From Nitrospirota bacterium (GTDB taxonomy: Bacteria > Nitrospirota > UBA9217), in NCBI GenBank assembly GCA_963818475.1, contig CAWFSF010000006.1, forward strand, positions 2,144,001-2,208,000: a stretch of 64,000 nt of DNA, given 5' to 3'. The position numbers and the translations under genes were made by a program. Shown piece after piece: positions 1-10,815 of the stretch. The notes beneath the pieces were generated by a model that worked only from the letters and a program-made list of their open reading frames with translations, ran no database searches and was not told where the DNA came from. How positions within the stretch are numbered: position 1 is the stretch's first letter; each line of letters opens with the position of its first letter.

Positions 1-512
1 CGCCGAGATGGTCGTTGAACGGTTGAACCGGAACAGCTGGAAGACCCAGGCCATCACCGGAGAGATCGAGCAGAAAAAACGGCTCAGGATCCTCGCGGAC
101 TTCAAGGCCGGGAACCTGGCGGTCCTCGTTGCCACCGACGTTGCCAGCCGCGGCATCGACGTCAAGGGAGTGACCCATGTGTTCAACTATCGACCTCCCC
201 CAGGATGCCGAGGATTATGTCCACCGCATCGGACGGACCGGCAGGGCAGGTGAGACCGGCAAGGCGATCAGCATGGCGGACGAAGAATATGTGTACTCCC
301 TCGAAGACATAGAAAAATATATCGGCCAGAAGATACCGGTCGAATGGGCAGATGAAAGCATGTATCTCCGGGAGATCCGGCGTACACAGGAAGAAAAACA
401 GAAGCACGACCAGGAACGGCTGGCCCGCACTCCATCAGGCCCCGGATCACGCCGTCCCGGCGGCCCCGGCAACAGACGGCCGCAGCGAAAAACAAACGCC
501 CGCTCCTCCTAA
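1..512 (+). CDS. DEAD-box RNA helicase, C-terminal part (RhlB/RhlE-like); 5' end outside window, frameshift near 185
   Basis: Motif [13 protein letters not shown] (ORF 8..253) continues as [20 protein letters not shown], motif VI (ORF 177..512); basic C-terminal tail. Confidence 0.9.
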
Positions 513-629
513 AGTCGCAATATGTGCTATACTATGGACGAGAGATAATTCCGGACAGAATCTGTCCTTGATCCGGCATTTTCTCGGCCACGCCGTGTAT
601 ATGCCAGCCGGACTCGAGGAGGTGGATTG

Positions 630-2364
630 ATGAAAACCATCGAAACCTACGCAGATCGTCCCTGGACCCGGTCCTATGAACCGGGAGTGCTCCCCTCGCT
701 CACCTATCCCGACAGCACGCTGGGAAACGTCCTCGCGCAAACCGCACAGAAATTCCCCGACCACACCGCGCTCCTTTTCTTCGGGAAAAAGATCTCCTAT
801 GGCGAACTGGACAAACAGGTAGACCGGTTCGCCCAGGCGCTCATCGGGCTGGGGATCCGCAAGGGCGATCGGGTGGCGATCATGCTCCCGAACATCCCGC
901 AGATGGTCATTGCCTACTACGGCACGCTCAGATCCGGGGCCGTCGCCGTCCCGACCAACCCCCTCTACCACGAACACGAGCTGGAGGTCCAGCTGAAGGA
1001 CAGCGGGGCCGAAACGCTGGTGGCCGTTGATATGTTCTTTCCTGTTATTAAGAATGTTCTGAACAAGACGGGCGTCAAGAACCTCATCCTCTGCGGCATC
1101 AAGGACTATCTGCCCTTCCCGCTGAACCTCCTCTATCCGGTGAAAGCGAAGATCGAGAAGCAGTGGGTGAGCGTAAAACGGGTGCCGCCGATCTACGATT
1201 TTGTGTCCCTGCTCAGCCAAGCCCCATCGACGCCGGTAAAAGCGGATATTTCACCCGACGATACGGCGCTCCTGCAGTATACCGGAGGTACGACCGGGGT
1301 GCCCAAGGGCGCGATCCTGACCCACCGGAACCTGGTGACGAACGCGGCGCAGAGCAGAGCATGGCTCACGCTCCGGAACGAGGGCGAAGAGCGGATCCTC
1401 TGCGTCATCCCCTTCTTCCATGTATACGGCATGACCACGGCCATGAACCTGGGCGTGCTCATCGGCGCCGAGCTGATCCTCCTCCCCAAGTTCCATACCA
1501 AAGAAGTGCTCCAGATGATCAACAAGCACCGGCCCACGATCTTCCCGGGGATCCAGGCCATGTACCTTGCCATCGGGAATTATCGACAGCATCAGCAAGT
1601 ACGACCTCACCTCCATAAAAGCGGCGATCAGCGGCGCCGGACCGCTCATGCGCGAGGTGCAGGACCGGTTCGAACAGCTGACCAAAGCGAGGATCGTCGA
1701 GGGCTATGGCCTGTCCGAGGCATCGCCGGTGACCCATGCCAATCCCATTTTCGGCAAGAGGAAGCTCGGCACCATCGGAGTGCCCTGGCCCGATGTCGAG
1801 GCGCGGATCGTGGACATCGAGACCGGCGAGAAGGAGCTGCCCGTGGGTGAGGCGGGCGAACTCGTGGTCAAGGGCCCGCAGGTGATGAAGGGCTACTGGA
1901 ACAAGCCGGAGGAAACGGCCCAGGCGCTCCGGGGCGGCTGGCTCCACACCGGAGATATCGCGAAAATGGACGAGGACGGATACTTTATGATCGTGGACCG
2001 CATCAAGGACATGATCAAGACCGTGGGCGAGAATGTCTACCCCCGTGAGGTGGAGGAAGTGCTCTTCACCCATCCCAAGGTAAAGGATGCCGTGGTCGTC
2101 GGGATCCCGCAGGAGTTCCTGGGGGAGGAGATCAAGGCATATATCGTTTTAAAAGAAGGAGTGACCGCAACTGCCGCTGAGATCATCCAGTTCTGCCGTG
2201 AGCAGCTGTCGAAGTTCAAAGTGCCGAAAGAGGTCGAGTTCCGCAAAGAACTGCCCAAGACCCTGGTCGGCAAGGTGCTCAGGCGCGTGCTCAGGGATGA
2301 GGAAATGAAAAAGATCGATCCAAAACAGGGTTGGACACGGATAAGATCGGAAGGGTCAGATTAA
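630..2364 (+). CDS. fadD: long-chain fatty acid--CoA ligase (frameshift near 1580)
   Basis: AMP-binding motif [11 protein letters not shown], then [17 protein letters not shown] and PKTLVGK across ORFs 627..1850 and 1567..2364; SD GGAGG before ATG 630. Confidence 0.9.
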
Positions 2365-2420
2365 CTTCAACAGTCGTGGATCCAAGGACTTATCCGTCTT
2401 TCCCGTGTCAATCCGTGTCC
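2333..2420. repeat. palindromic element, GACACGGAT-type periodic arms
   Basis: GGACACGGAT (2333-2342) and ATCCGTGTCC (2411-2420) form a perfect IR with degenerate internal units; overlaps the last codons of fadD. Confidence 0.75.
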
Positions 2421-2439
2421 CATGAATTAGGGAGTTCAC

Positions 2440-3724
2440 ATGAAAGAAGTTGTCATCATAGACGGGTTCCGCACACCCTATGCCAAAGCAGGCACGGTCT
2501 TCAAGGACGTGCACCCCGTTGACCTCGGTGCAGCCGTGGTCAAGGAGGTCGTCAGCGCGGACCGGCATCAATAAGGACCTCATCGATGAGGTGATCGTGG
2601 GCAATGCGGGTATGCCCGCGGATGCCGCGAACATCGCCCGGGTGATCGCGCTCCGTGCTGGCCTTCCCGAGCGCATTCCCGCATACAGCGTGCAGCGCAA
2701 CTGCGCTTCGGGCATGCAGGCGGCGGCGAGCGCCTATACGCAGATCCTGGCGAATATGACGGATATCGCCGTGGTTGCAGGCGTCGAGTCCATGTCCAGT
2801 TTCGATTTCTATATAAAGAAGAAACTGCGCGATGTCATTACGTCCGTGCAGCGGGCAAAGAGCATTGCTGCCGGTACCCGGGCAGTCCTCTCACTCAGGC
2901 CAGGGGACTTTGTGCCGGTTGTCGGACTGGTTTCGGGTCTCACCGACCCTGTTTCCGGCCTCAACATGGGACAGACCGCCGAGGTGCTCGTCCGGGACTT
3001 CGGCATCACGCGTCGCGAGCAGGACGAATTCGCGCTCTTGAGCCATCAGCGCTGGACCGCGGCGAACGAGGCCGGCAAGTTCAGGAACGAGATCGTGCCG
3101 TTCTATGTGCCGCCAAAGTTCGAAGCCGTGGAAGAGGACATCGGGCCGCGCAAGAACCAGACCCTGGAAGCGCTGGCAAAGCTGCCGCCCTATTTTGACC
3201 GGGCGTCCGGCACGGTCACGGCCGGCAATTCTTCGCCGATCACCGACGGTGCCGCCGCAGCGCTGATCATGAGCGCGGACCGGGCAAAAATGCTGGGGTA
3301 CAAGCCGCTCGGCACTATCAGGGCCGTGGCCTTTGCCGGGCTCGATCCGTCGCGCATGGGCCTGGGGCCGGTCTTTGCCACGCACAAGGCGCTCAAGATC
3401 GCAGGCATGGCAATGAAGGACATCGAGCTCATCGAGTTCAACGAGGCCTTTGCCGCCCAGGTCTATGCCTGCGAAAAGGCCGCGGTGTCGAAGGAGTTCT
3501 TCAAAAAACACCTTCCCGGCGAGGAGCCCTTTGGCGAGTTCCGGCGCGATATCATGAACGTGAACGGCGGGGCCATCGCCATCGGCCACCCCGTGGGATC
3601 GTCGGGCATCAGGATCGTGATCACGCTCCTGAAAGAGATGGAGCGGCGCGGCCTGTCCACCGGCCTTGCCACCCTGTGCATCGGCGGCGGACAGGGCGGA
3701 GCGATGATCGTGGAGAGAAAATAA
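2440..3724 (+). CDS. acetyl-CoA C-acyltransferase (thiolase, FadA/FadI-like; frameshift near 2555)
   Basis: True N-terminus MKEVVIIDGFRTPYAK from ATG 2440; motifs RNCASG, NEAF, GHPVGSSG, CIGGGQG. Confidence 0.9.
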
Positions 3725-3817
3725 TGCAAAATGCAAAGTTCAAATTGCAAAGCTCAAGTTTAAACTCCTTTGCCACATCACTTCCCATTTTGCATTTTGC
3801 ACTTTACACTTTGAACT
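3723..3817. repeat. palindromic element with 7-nt periodic arms (AATGCAA type)
   Basis: AATGCAA AATGCAA AGTTCAA ATTGCAA AGCTCAA ... TTGCATT TTGCACT TTACACT TTGAACT. Confidence 0.8.
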
Positions 3818-3828
3818 GAGGTAATCCC

Positions 3829-5992
3829 ATGTCCGCCTTCACCTATGAAATAAACAAGGACAACATCGCCATCCTCACCTTCGACCTGCCCGGTGAAAAG
3901 ATCAACAAGCTCACGATGCCGGTCATGTCCGAGCTGGACCTCCTTCTCGACGAGCTTGCGGTCAAGCGCGATATCAAGGCAATGGTCGTGCGAAGCGGCA
4001 AGGAAGGCAGCTTCATCGTCGGCGCCGACATAGCCGAGATCCGCGACATCACGGACGCCTCCGTTGGCGAAGCGCTTGCGCGCAGAGGGCAGGCTATTCT
4101 GAACAAGCTCGAAGCGCTCCCCTTCCCCACCATTGCCGCGATCCACGGCCCCTGTATGGGGGGCGGCATGGAGCTCGCCCTGGCCTGTTCGTACCGCGTG
4201 ATCAGCAACGACCAGAGAACGGCCCTTGCCCTGCCTGAGGTCAAGCTGGGGATCCTCCCCGGGTTCGGCGGCACCCAGCGGCTGCCGAGGCTGGTGGGAC
4301 TGGTCAATGCTCTCGATATGATCCTGACCGGCAAGTCCATCTACGCTAAAAAAGCGAAGAAGATCGGACTTGCCGACGAGATCACGTACAAGGAGACGCT
4401 TCTTGCCGCTGCCCTTGCCAGGGCAAAAAAGTCCGTCAATAAACAGGTCCCGTTGAAGATCCGCGCAAAGAGGCCGGTTCTCACAGCCGTGCTCGAAAGC
4501 AACCCCCTGACGAAACTGATCATTTATCAGCAGGCAGAAAAGAACGTCCTCCGCGAAACGCACGGCAATTATCCCGCCCCGCTTGCAGCGCTGGAAGCAG
4601 TGCGCTATGGCCTGCGCACGGGCATGGCAGCAGGCCTGCAGAACGAGGCTCGGCTCCTCGGCACGCTCGCGCCGACCGAGGTATCGAAGAACCTGATCTC
4701 GGTCTTCTATCTGAACGAAACGCTCAAAAAAGATCCTCACCCGTCTCCGCTTGCGATCTCGTCTGCAGGCGTGCTGGGCGCAGGCGTCATGGGCGGCGGC
4801 ATTGCGCAGCTCTTTGCCGAAAAAGGCATGACAATCAGGATGAAGGACATCACATACGAAAGCGGTGAGCGCAGGCCTCAAGGAAGCAGCCGGAATATTC
4901 GCGAAGCGGAAGAAAAAAGGCATCCTGACCGAGATCCAGTCTCGGGACGGTTTCGACCGCATCACGGGCAGTGTTGACTACAGCGGCTTTGGCCGGGTGG
5001 ACATCGGTGTCGAGGCTGTGATCGAGAACATGGATGTCAAAAAGAGCGTGCTTACGGACTTTGAACGGGCGACACAGGAACAGACCATCTTTGCGTCGAA
5101 CACCTCGTCCCTTTCGATCACCGAGATGGCAAAAGCGTCACAGCGCCCGGACAAGGTCGTGGGCATGCACTTCTTCAATCCCGTTGAGAAGATGCCGCTC
5201 GTGGAAGTGGTGCGCGGCAGAAGGACCTCGGCGGAGACCGTCGCCGCCATCACCACCCTTTCGCGCAGGATCGGCAAGCTGCCCGTGGTGGTGAACGACG
5301 GCCCGGGCTTCCTGGTGAACCGAATTCTTATGCCTTATCTGAATGAAGCAGCTAAGATGCTCGAACAAGGCGGCACGATCGAAGAGATAGATAGTGTCCT
5401 GCTCAAGTTCGGCATGCCCATGGGCGCCTTCATTCTGCTCGACGAGATCGGCATCGATATCGCGCACAAGGTCGCGGACATCCTGCATAGCGGCCTGGGC
5501 GAACGGGTCAAGCCTTCAGGCCTGCTCGCTGCACTGTATAAGGAAGGATACCTCGGGAAAAAGAACGGCAAAGGCTTTTATACTTATACAGGACGGAAGC
5601 GTGGCAAGCCCGATGCTTCAATATATAGGATGATCACTGGAGGAACAGGTGAAAGAGGAGCTATTCCTACGGACGAGATCGTAGACCGGGCGATACTGCT
5701 CATGATAAAGGAAGCCGCGCTCTGCCTTGAGGAAAAGATCATCGACCGGCCGGACCTTCTTGATGCAGCGCTCATCTTCGGCATCGGGTTCCCGCCCTTC
5801 CGCGGCGGTTTGCTTAAATATGCGGACACGATCGGGGCAAAGGCAATTGTCGAGAAGCTCGAAGGATATGCTAAAAAGTACGGCGAGCGGTTCGCCCCGC
5901 CTGCATCTCTTGTGGAGATGGCAAGGGACGGGAAGGTGTTTTACCAGAAAATAAGAGAAAATATTAATCATCTCACAATAGAAACTTCATAA
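3829..5992 (+). CDS. fadJ: multifunctional enoyl-CoA hydratase / 3-hydroxyacyl-CoA dehydrogenase (FadJ/FadB-like; frameshift near 4860)
   Basis: Crotonase motifs GADI, GGGMELALAC, PEVKLGILPGFGG; Rossmann GVLGAGVMGGG; ASNTSS; GMHFFNP. Confidence 0.88.
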
Positions 5993-6066
5993 AAAAATGA
6001 CCTAACCCCATTAGGCGTTAGGTGTCCAAGGGAAATAAAGGTCACAGAGATTCAGATGCAGTTGGG

Positions 6067-7836
6067 TCAGTATTTGCCGGGATCAAGTTCGTGGGCTTTT
6101 TTGAAGTATGTAGAACTCTGTTCAGTCAGATTTTTCCGCTGAAATACTTCACCAAGAAGGAAATAAACCTCAGCCTCATCTGGAATATAGCGAAGAGCAA
6201 TATTTAAATTTTCTATCGCCGCGTCAGGCATCCCCTTCAGGTAAAGACCCTTGCCGATGTTGTAGTACAGAATGCCGGTGTCAATATTGTCAAAGCGATT
6301 TGATTTCACCGTGATCATCAATTCATTCAGCCCCTCGTCAATTCTGCCTGTCTGGATATATGCAGTCCCAAGGTTCGAGCGTGCTTCCGCATACGAGCTA
6401 TCCACATCGAGGGCTTTTCTGAAATAGTATATCGCTTCATATATTCTGGAGTTCTCCAGATAATAAATACCAACCATGTTATATCCCCTCGGGTTAAGGG
6501 GCTTTTTGACAATTGCATCACTCCAGAGAGTCAACTCTTCCTTCCAGACCTTGTTTCGTGCATAGGCTGCATACGAGAGAGCAATGACTGTGATGGCAAG
6601 GATGCAGGCCGCGGCTTTCCGCAAGTGCCTGCGAGTCAATGCCGTTTTCTCCAGCGCATGAACAAACGCGGCCGTGACAGCAATAATTGCTCCGACGCTC
6701 GGCAGATATAATCTATGCTCAAACATGACATCGATTAACGGAATGATACTGGATTCAATGGATAGTGTTACAAAAAACCAGAGAATACCGAACGATACGA
6801 GTCGCAAATACGAGCGCGCACCGCGCGAGACCTTGAGCAGATACCATGCCGAACATACCAGCAGTGCAATTGCCACCAGCGACGCGATGACAGCGGGTTC
6901 AAAGACATTACTGTAAACCTTGTAATGATGGTCTATTGTCTGGTTGACCGGGAAAAACAGCAGCCGTATATAGGTGACAATGACCCTAAATTGAGTAACC
7001 AGGTAATCATGTCGCGTAATTTCGTTGGTGTCCTTGAATTTTTCAAATAGACCAGGCAGATCATGGGTAGTGATGACGAATACAAAAAAAGCCAGTACCA
7101 AGCCTGACAGGAAAACAACAATACGCCAATGTTTCCTGAAAGTTGTGAGTAAGCGTGACAAGCCGCTAATGAACATTGCCTCATACATGACTGCGACAAT
7201 GGGCAGCGTATATGCGTTTTCTTTGATTTTCAGACTTACGAGCGCTGACAAGCCTGCGATAAAATACAGCAGTATCGCTGCCCGATGAGACCATAATCTG
7301 TGGGGTGGTGCGGTAGAGTCCCTGTTTTTGACAATCAGCCTGGCCAGGATATAAAAATCAAGCGACAGCATGAAAAACAACGCAGCCAATGATGCAAATC
7401 TCTGCACTATGTAGGTAACCGCCTGTGTTTGAACCGGGTGCGTAACAAACAAGAGAGCGCACGCAAAAGCAAGCCATCCGTCAGAAATGAGCGCACCCTT
7501 GCGACCGCTGAAATAAGGTGTTCTGAGAGTGAGGAGAACAAAGAAATAAACGGACAATGCGGTGAAAATGTGAATCCCTGTGTTCACAAGATGGTATCCA
7601 ACCGGGTTTAAGCCGCCAGCCATATAATTCAGCGCAAATGTCAGAAATCCGAACCAGCGTGCACCTTCTGGTGGCCACAGGTTCCCGATATCCCGGATTA
7701 AAGGATTGTCTACGATGTTTAACTTGTCATCAAACTGGAACGAGGCCGTCAGGGTATTCGAGTAGATCAATGCACCTAGTACGGAAATAATGACGAGATG
7801 GCATACTGTTGCAGCGTTGCGTTTGAAGTTATTCAC
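6067..7836 (-). CDS. TMTC-like GT-C membrane protein with C-terminal TPRs (putative protein O-mannosyltransferase-like)
   Basis: FQFDD first loop, HPVQTQAVTYIVQR, EHRLYLPS, RNKVW, many TM helices, TPR repeats. Confidence 0.8.
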   Translation of the reverse strand: MNNFKRNAATVCHLVIISVLGALIYSNTLTASFQFDDKLNIVDNPLIRDIGNLWPPEGARWFGFLTFALNYMAGGLNPVGYHLVNTGIHIFTALSVYFFVLLTLRTPYFSGRKGALISDGWLAFACALLFVTHPVQTQAVTYIVQRFASLAALFFMLSLDFYILARLIVKNRDSTAPPHRLWSHRAAILLYFIAGLSALVSLKIKENAYTLPIVAVMYEAMFISGLSRLLTTFRKHWRIVVFLSGLVLAFFVFVITTHDLPGLFEKFKDTNEITRHDYLVTQFRVIVTYIRLLFFPVNQTIDHHYKVYSNVFEPAVIASLVAIALLVCSAWYLLKVSRGARSYLRLVSFGILWFFVTLSIESSIIPLIDVMFEHRLYLPSVGAIIAVTAAFVHALEKTALTRRHLRKAAACILAITVIALSYAAYARNKVWKEELTLWSDAIVKKPLNPRGYNMVGIYYLENSRIYEAIYYFRKALDVDSSYAEARSNLGTAYIQTGRIDEGLNELMITVKSNRFDNIDTGILYYNIGKGLYLKGMPDAAIENLNIALRYIPDEAEVYFLLGEVFQRKNLTEQSSTYFKKAHELDPGKY

Positions 7837-8369
7837 AGGTCATATCACTCACGAGCAGCGTAGCCGTGGAACCGCACAAAATAAGTAGCCACGTCACAAA
7901 TCATAACCAATTGATGTACTTGGCACCTAATAGGGCTCTATTCAGCCAGTGGTCGCATCTATTGACGAAGGTTAGGCGTTTAGAATTGTCTCTCGAACCC
8001 GGTCGTCTTGAATACGGCTTTTTTAACGTTGCCCCGATAGGTGATGTGGTACACTCCTAGGCATTCAATGCAAAGTGGGCGTACCATGCGTGAATTTATC
8101 GGAAGTATAGACAAAAGTCAAGCAGTACAGACCCATGTGTAGCACCCCATGAAAACCGACCCTCCTCCCATCAACGGGAATTCATCCTCCCCCTCACATA
8201 AACCTGCATATTCGTTGATTCGCCATTCAAATACTTAATGCTGATACAGTAGATGGAAAACATGCCACCGATCTTGCGTCAGCAGTTCACACGTATAGTC
8301 AATCCGAAGTGACTGGCCTGGAAGCGGCCCTCGCTGGGAAGTCAGAGAATCTAAAAAGGGGGTACTACA

Positions 8370-8558
8370 ATGCGTAAAGCACTAATGATTTTAAGCATCA
8401 TGACAGCTGCCTCACTTTTCAGCACAACGGCTTTTGCATCAGTGAACGACGATCAGGTCACATCACAAAAGATCAGGGAAGCCGACGGGACCAGCGGCCA
8501 AGACACGAATAGCGGTAGCGGAGTAAAGACGGGGCACATTCAGGAAAAAGAGGCGTGA
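8370..8558 (+). pseudogene. truncated secreted protein (signal peptide plus start of a low-complexity domain)
   Basis: SD AAAGGGGG; signal peptide MRKALMILSIMTAASLFSTTAFA; ends abruptly about 50 bp before the IS. Confidence 0.5.
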
Positions 8559-8605
8559 TCGTTGTTTTGCCTCAGTCGGAAATGGACTTTTAAGCTGTTT
8601 GAGTG

Positions 8606-10015
8606 TGTACTCCCAAAATGATAATGTCCTATTCTCCCAAAGTAGAAATGTCCTATTCTAAGTTACAATACCCTGATGTAATTGGAGGGTACTGTGACAG
8701 AAATGGACATGATCACTATGAGCAGGAGAGAAACAAAAAGACTGCACATTATCCACCAAGCATTGGATAAAAGGATCACGCAGAAGACAGCTGCTGAACT
8801 TGTAGGCTTGAGCAGCAGGCAGATTCGACGGATACTCAAACGAGTACGGAAGGAGGGAGACGACGGCATCAGTCACCGATCCCGCGGCAAAACCTCGAAT
8901 CGTCGATTCCCTCAGAAGGCAAAAGACAAGGCACTCAAGCTGTATCGGGAGAAATACAGTGATTTTGGCCCCACCTTTGCCTGCGAGAAGCTTCTTGATG
9001 TTCATGAAATCAAGCTAAGCGACGAAACCCTCCGTCTATGGCTTAATCAGGAAAGCATCCCTTACGAGAAGCGCAAGGGTAGAAAGCACCGGCAATGGCG
9101 CGAGAGGAAGCATCATTTTGGTGAAATGCTCCAGATGGATGGCTCCCATCATGCCTGGTTCGAAGGCCGGGGTCCTGAGAGCGTATTAATGGGATATATC
9201 GATGATGCCACAGGAACGGTGTATGGGCGCTTTTATGATTATGAGGGGACCATGCCAGCCATGGATAGCTTCAAGCGGTATATCAAGCGCTACGGCATTC
9301 CACAGAGTGTCTATTTGGACAAGCACTCAACGTATAAATCCAATGCCAAGCAGAGCATCGAGGATGAGTTGGAAGATAGAAAACCCATGAGCCAGTTCGA
9401 AAGGAGTCTAACCGAACTCGGGGTAACGGTCATCCATGCGAATTCACCCCAGGCAAAAGGCAGGATAGAAAGAAGTTTTCGAACGCTCCAGGATCGATTG
9501 GTTAAAGAGATGAGGCTTGCCAGGGTAAACAGTGTTGTGCAGGCAAACGAATTCCTGATAAAGTATCATCCAATATACAATGCGAAATTCAAGGTAAAAC
9601 CCGTTTCTGCAGCCGATGTACACCAACGCGCGCTATCCATAAGGGAACTCGACAAGATCTTCTGCATTCGAGAGGAGCGTACGCTACGGAACGATTTCAC
9701 CATAGCTTATAATGGCAAACTGTACCAGATCAAAGACGCTATAAAGACTCAAAAGGTCGCAGTGGAAGAACGACTCGATGGATCTCTGCATATCACTCAC
9801 AGGGGCTTGGAATTAACATATCGGGAGATCAAAACACGGCCAGCGAAAGAAAACCCTAAAACACCGGCAGTCAATAAGAAACCGACAAGTCGGTATCAAC
9901 CATCAGATCATCCATGGAAGAGACTCCGCAGAGCAAATGTACAATTTCCAATTGCTTCCTAAAAGCGGACATTTCTATCTTGGTAAGAGTAGGACATTTC
10001 TACTTTGGGTTGACA
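8606..10015 (+). mobile_element. IS1202-family (ISNCY-annotated) insertion sequence, 1410 bp, 16-bp target duplication
   Basis: Left end TGTACTCCCAAAATGATAATGTCCTA; right end (rc) TGTCAACCCAAAGTAGAAATGTCCTA; each end has a second internal copy; TTAAGCTGTTTGAGTG duplicated at 8590-8605 and 10016-10031. Confidence 0.9.
8694..9962 (+). CDS. DDE transposase (IS1202/ISNCY type)
   Basis: N-terminal HTH; QMDGS, YIDDATG, YLDKHS, PQAKGRIERSFRTLQDRL; GGAGG before GTG 8694. Confidence 0.92.
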   Translation: MTEMDMITMSRRETKRLHIIHQALDKRITQKTAAELVGLSSRQIRRILKRVRKEGDDGISHRSRGKTSNRRFPQKAKDKALKLYREKYSDFGPTFACEKLLDVHEIKLSDETLRLWLNQESIPYEKRKGRKHRQWRERKHHFGEMLQMDGSHHAWFEGRGPESVLMGYIDDATGTVYGRFYDYEGTMPAMDSFKRYIKRYGIPQSVYLDKHSTYKSNAKQSIEDELEDRKPMSQFERSLTELGVTVIHANSPQAKGRIERSFRTLQDRLVKEMRLARVNSVVQANEFLIKYHPIYNAKFKVKPVSAADVHQRALSIRELDKIFCIREERTLRNDFTIAYNGKLYQIKDAIKTQKVAVEERLDGSLHITHRGLELTYREIKTRPAKENPKTPAVNKKPTSRYQPSDHPWKRLRRANVQFPIAS

Positions 10016-10113
10016 TTAAGCTGTTTGAGTGTTGCCTTTTCCCCACAAAACATGGTATATTTTTCGATTAGTTGCACTAACTCGAAACTCATTAACTATA
10101 GAGGAGAAGACCA

Positions 10114-10644
10114 ATGCGCAACAGGATGGGCCTATCGATCGCTTCGATCACCTTGTTCATGGTTGTCTGTTTTACGGGAGGATCGGCTCATGCAGCGAAG
10201 GCCACGCCGGTCAGCAGAGGGGACCAGGCGCCTGACTTCACGCTCAAGGACCTGAACGGCAAGAAGATATCGCTTCACGATTACCGCGGCTCCGTCGTGC
10301 TGCTCAATTTCTGGGGATCATTCTGCATGCCCTGCAGGGCTGAGATGCCTTCGCTGAACAACCTGTATGGAACACTGAAGGATAAGGGCTTCACGATCAT
10401 CGGGGTTTCTCTGGACCGCACAGAAGGACCGGTCAGGTCCCTCGTCGAGTCCGGGCACCTGGCCTTTCCCATCTGCATTGACGAGGGGAAAAAAGTTTAC
10501 TACGAGAAGTATGCGATCTTCGCGTTGCCGCTCACTTTTCTGATCGATAAAAAGGGAGTGATCATCGAGATATATTTAGGCAAGCAGGAATGGGACTCTC
10601 CTGAAATGATCGAAAGTATCCTCAAGCTGATCGCAGAAAAGTGA
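10114..10644 (+). CDS. TlpA/ResA-family thiol-disulfide oxidoreductase, exported
   Basis: Signal/anchor; APDFTL; NFWGSFCMPC (CxxC). Confidence 0.88.
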   Translation: MRNRMGLSIASITLFMVVCFTGGSAHAAKATPVSRGDQAPDFTLKDLNGKKISLHDYRGSVVLLNFWGSFCMPCRAEMPSLNNLYGTLKDKGFTIIGVSLDRTEGPVRSLVESGHLAFPICIDEGKKVYYEKYAIFALPLTFLIDKKGVIIEIYLGKQEWDSPEMIESILKLIAEK

Positions 10645-10673
10645 CGATCCATGCCCGCTCGGAAAGCTTGGAT

Positions 10674-10703
10674 TTGACATTCTGTTGCAAAATCATGTAG
10701 GAT
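10674..10703 (+). promoter_or_regulatory. putative sigma70 promoter of the LysR gene
   Basis: TTGACA-N18-TAGGAT. Confidence 0.45.
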
Positions 10704-10815
10704 GCAATCGTTCGTATCGACAGATCGTATCCTAACGTGACCGTGGTGAAGCTATCCATGTGCACTGATCATCATCAACGTTAACGGCTTAGCTGCCCCA
10801 TAACAAAAGGCGCAC

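Noticed and set aside
8556-10644. TGA stops at 8556 and 10642 as selenocysteine codons
   Set aside because: Neither is at a Cys-equivalent position or followed by a convincing SECIS or homologous continuation; TlpA has a normal CxxC.
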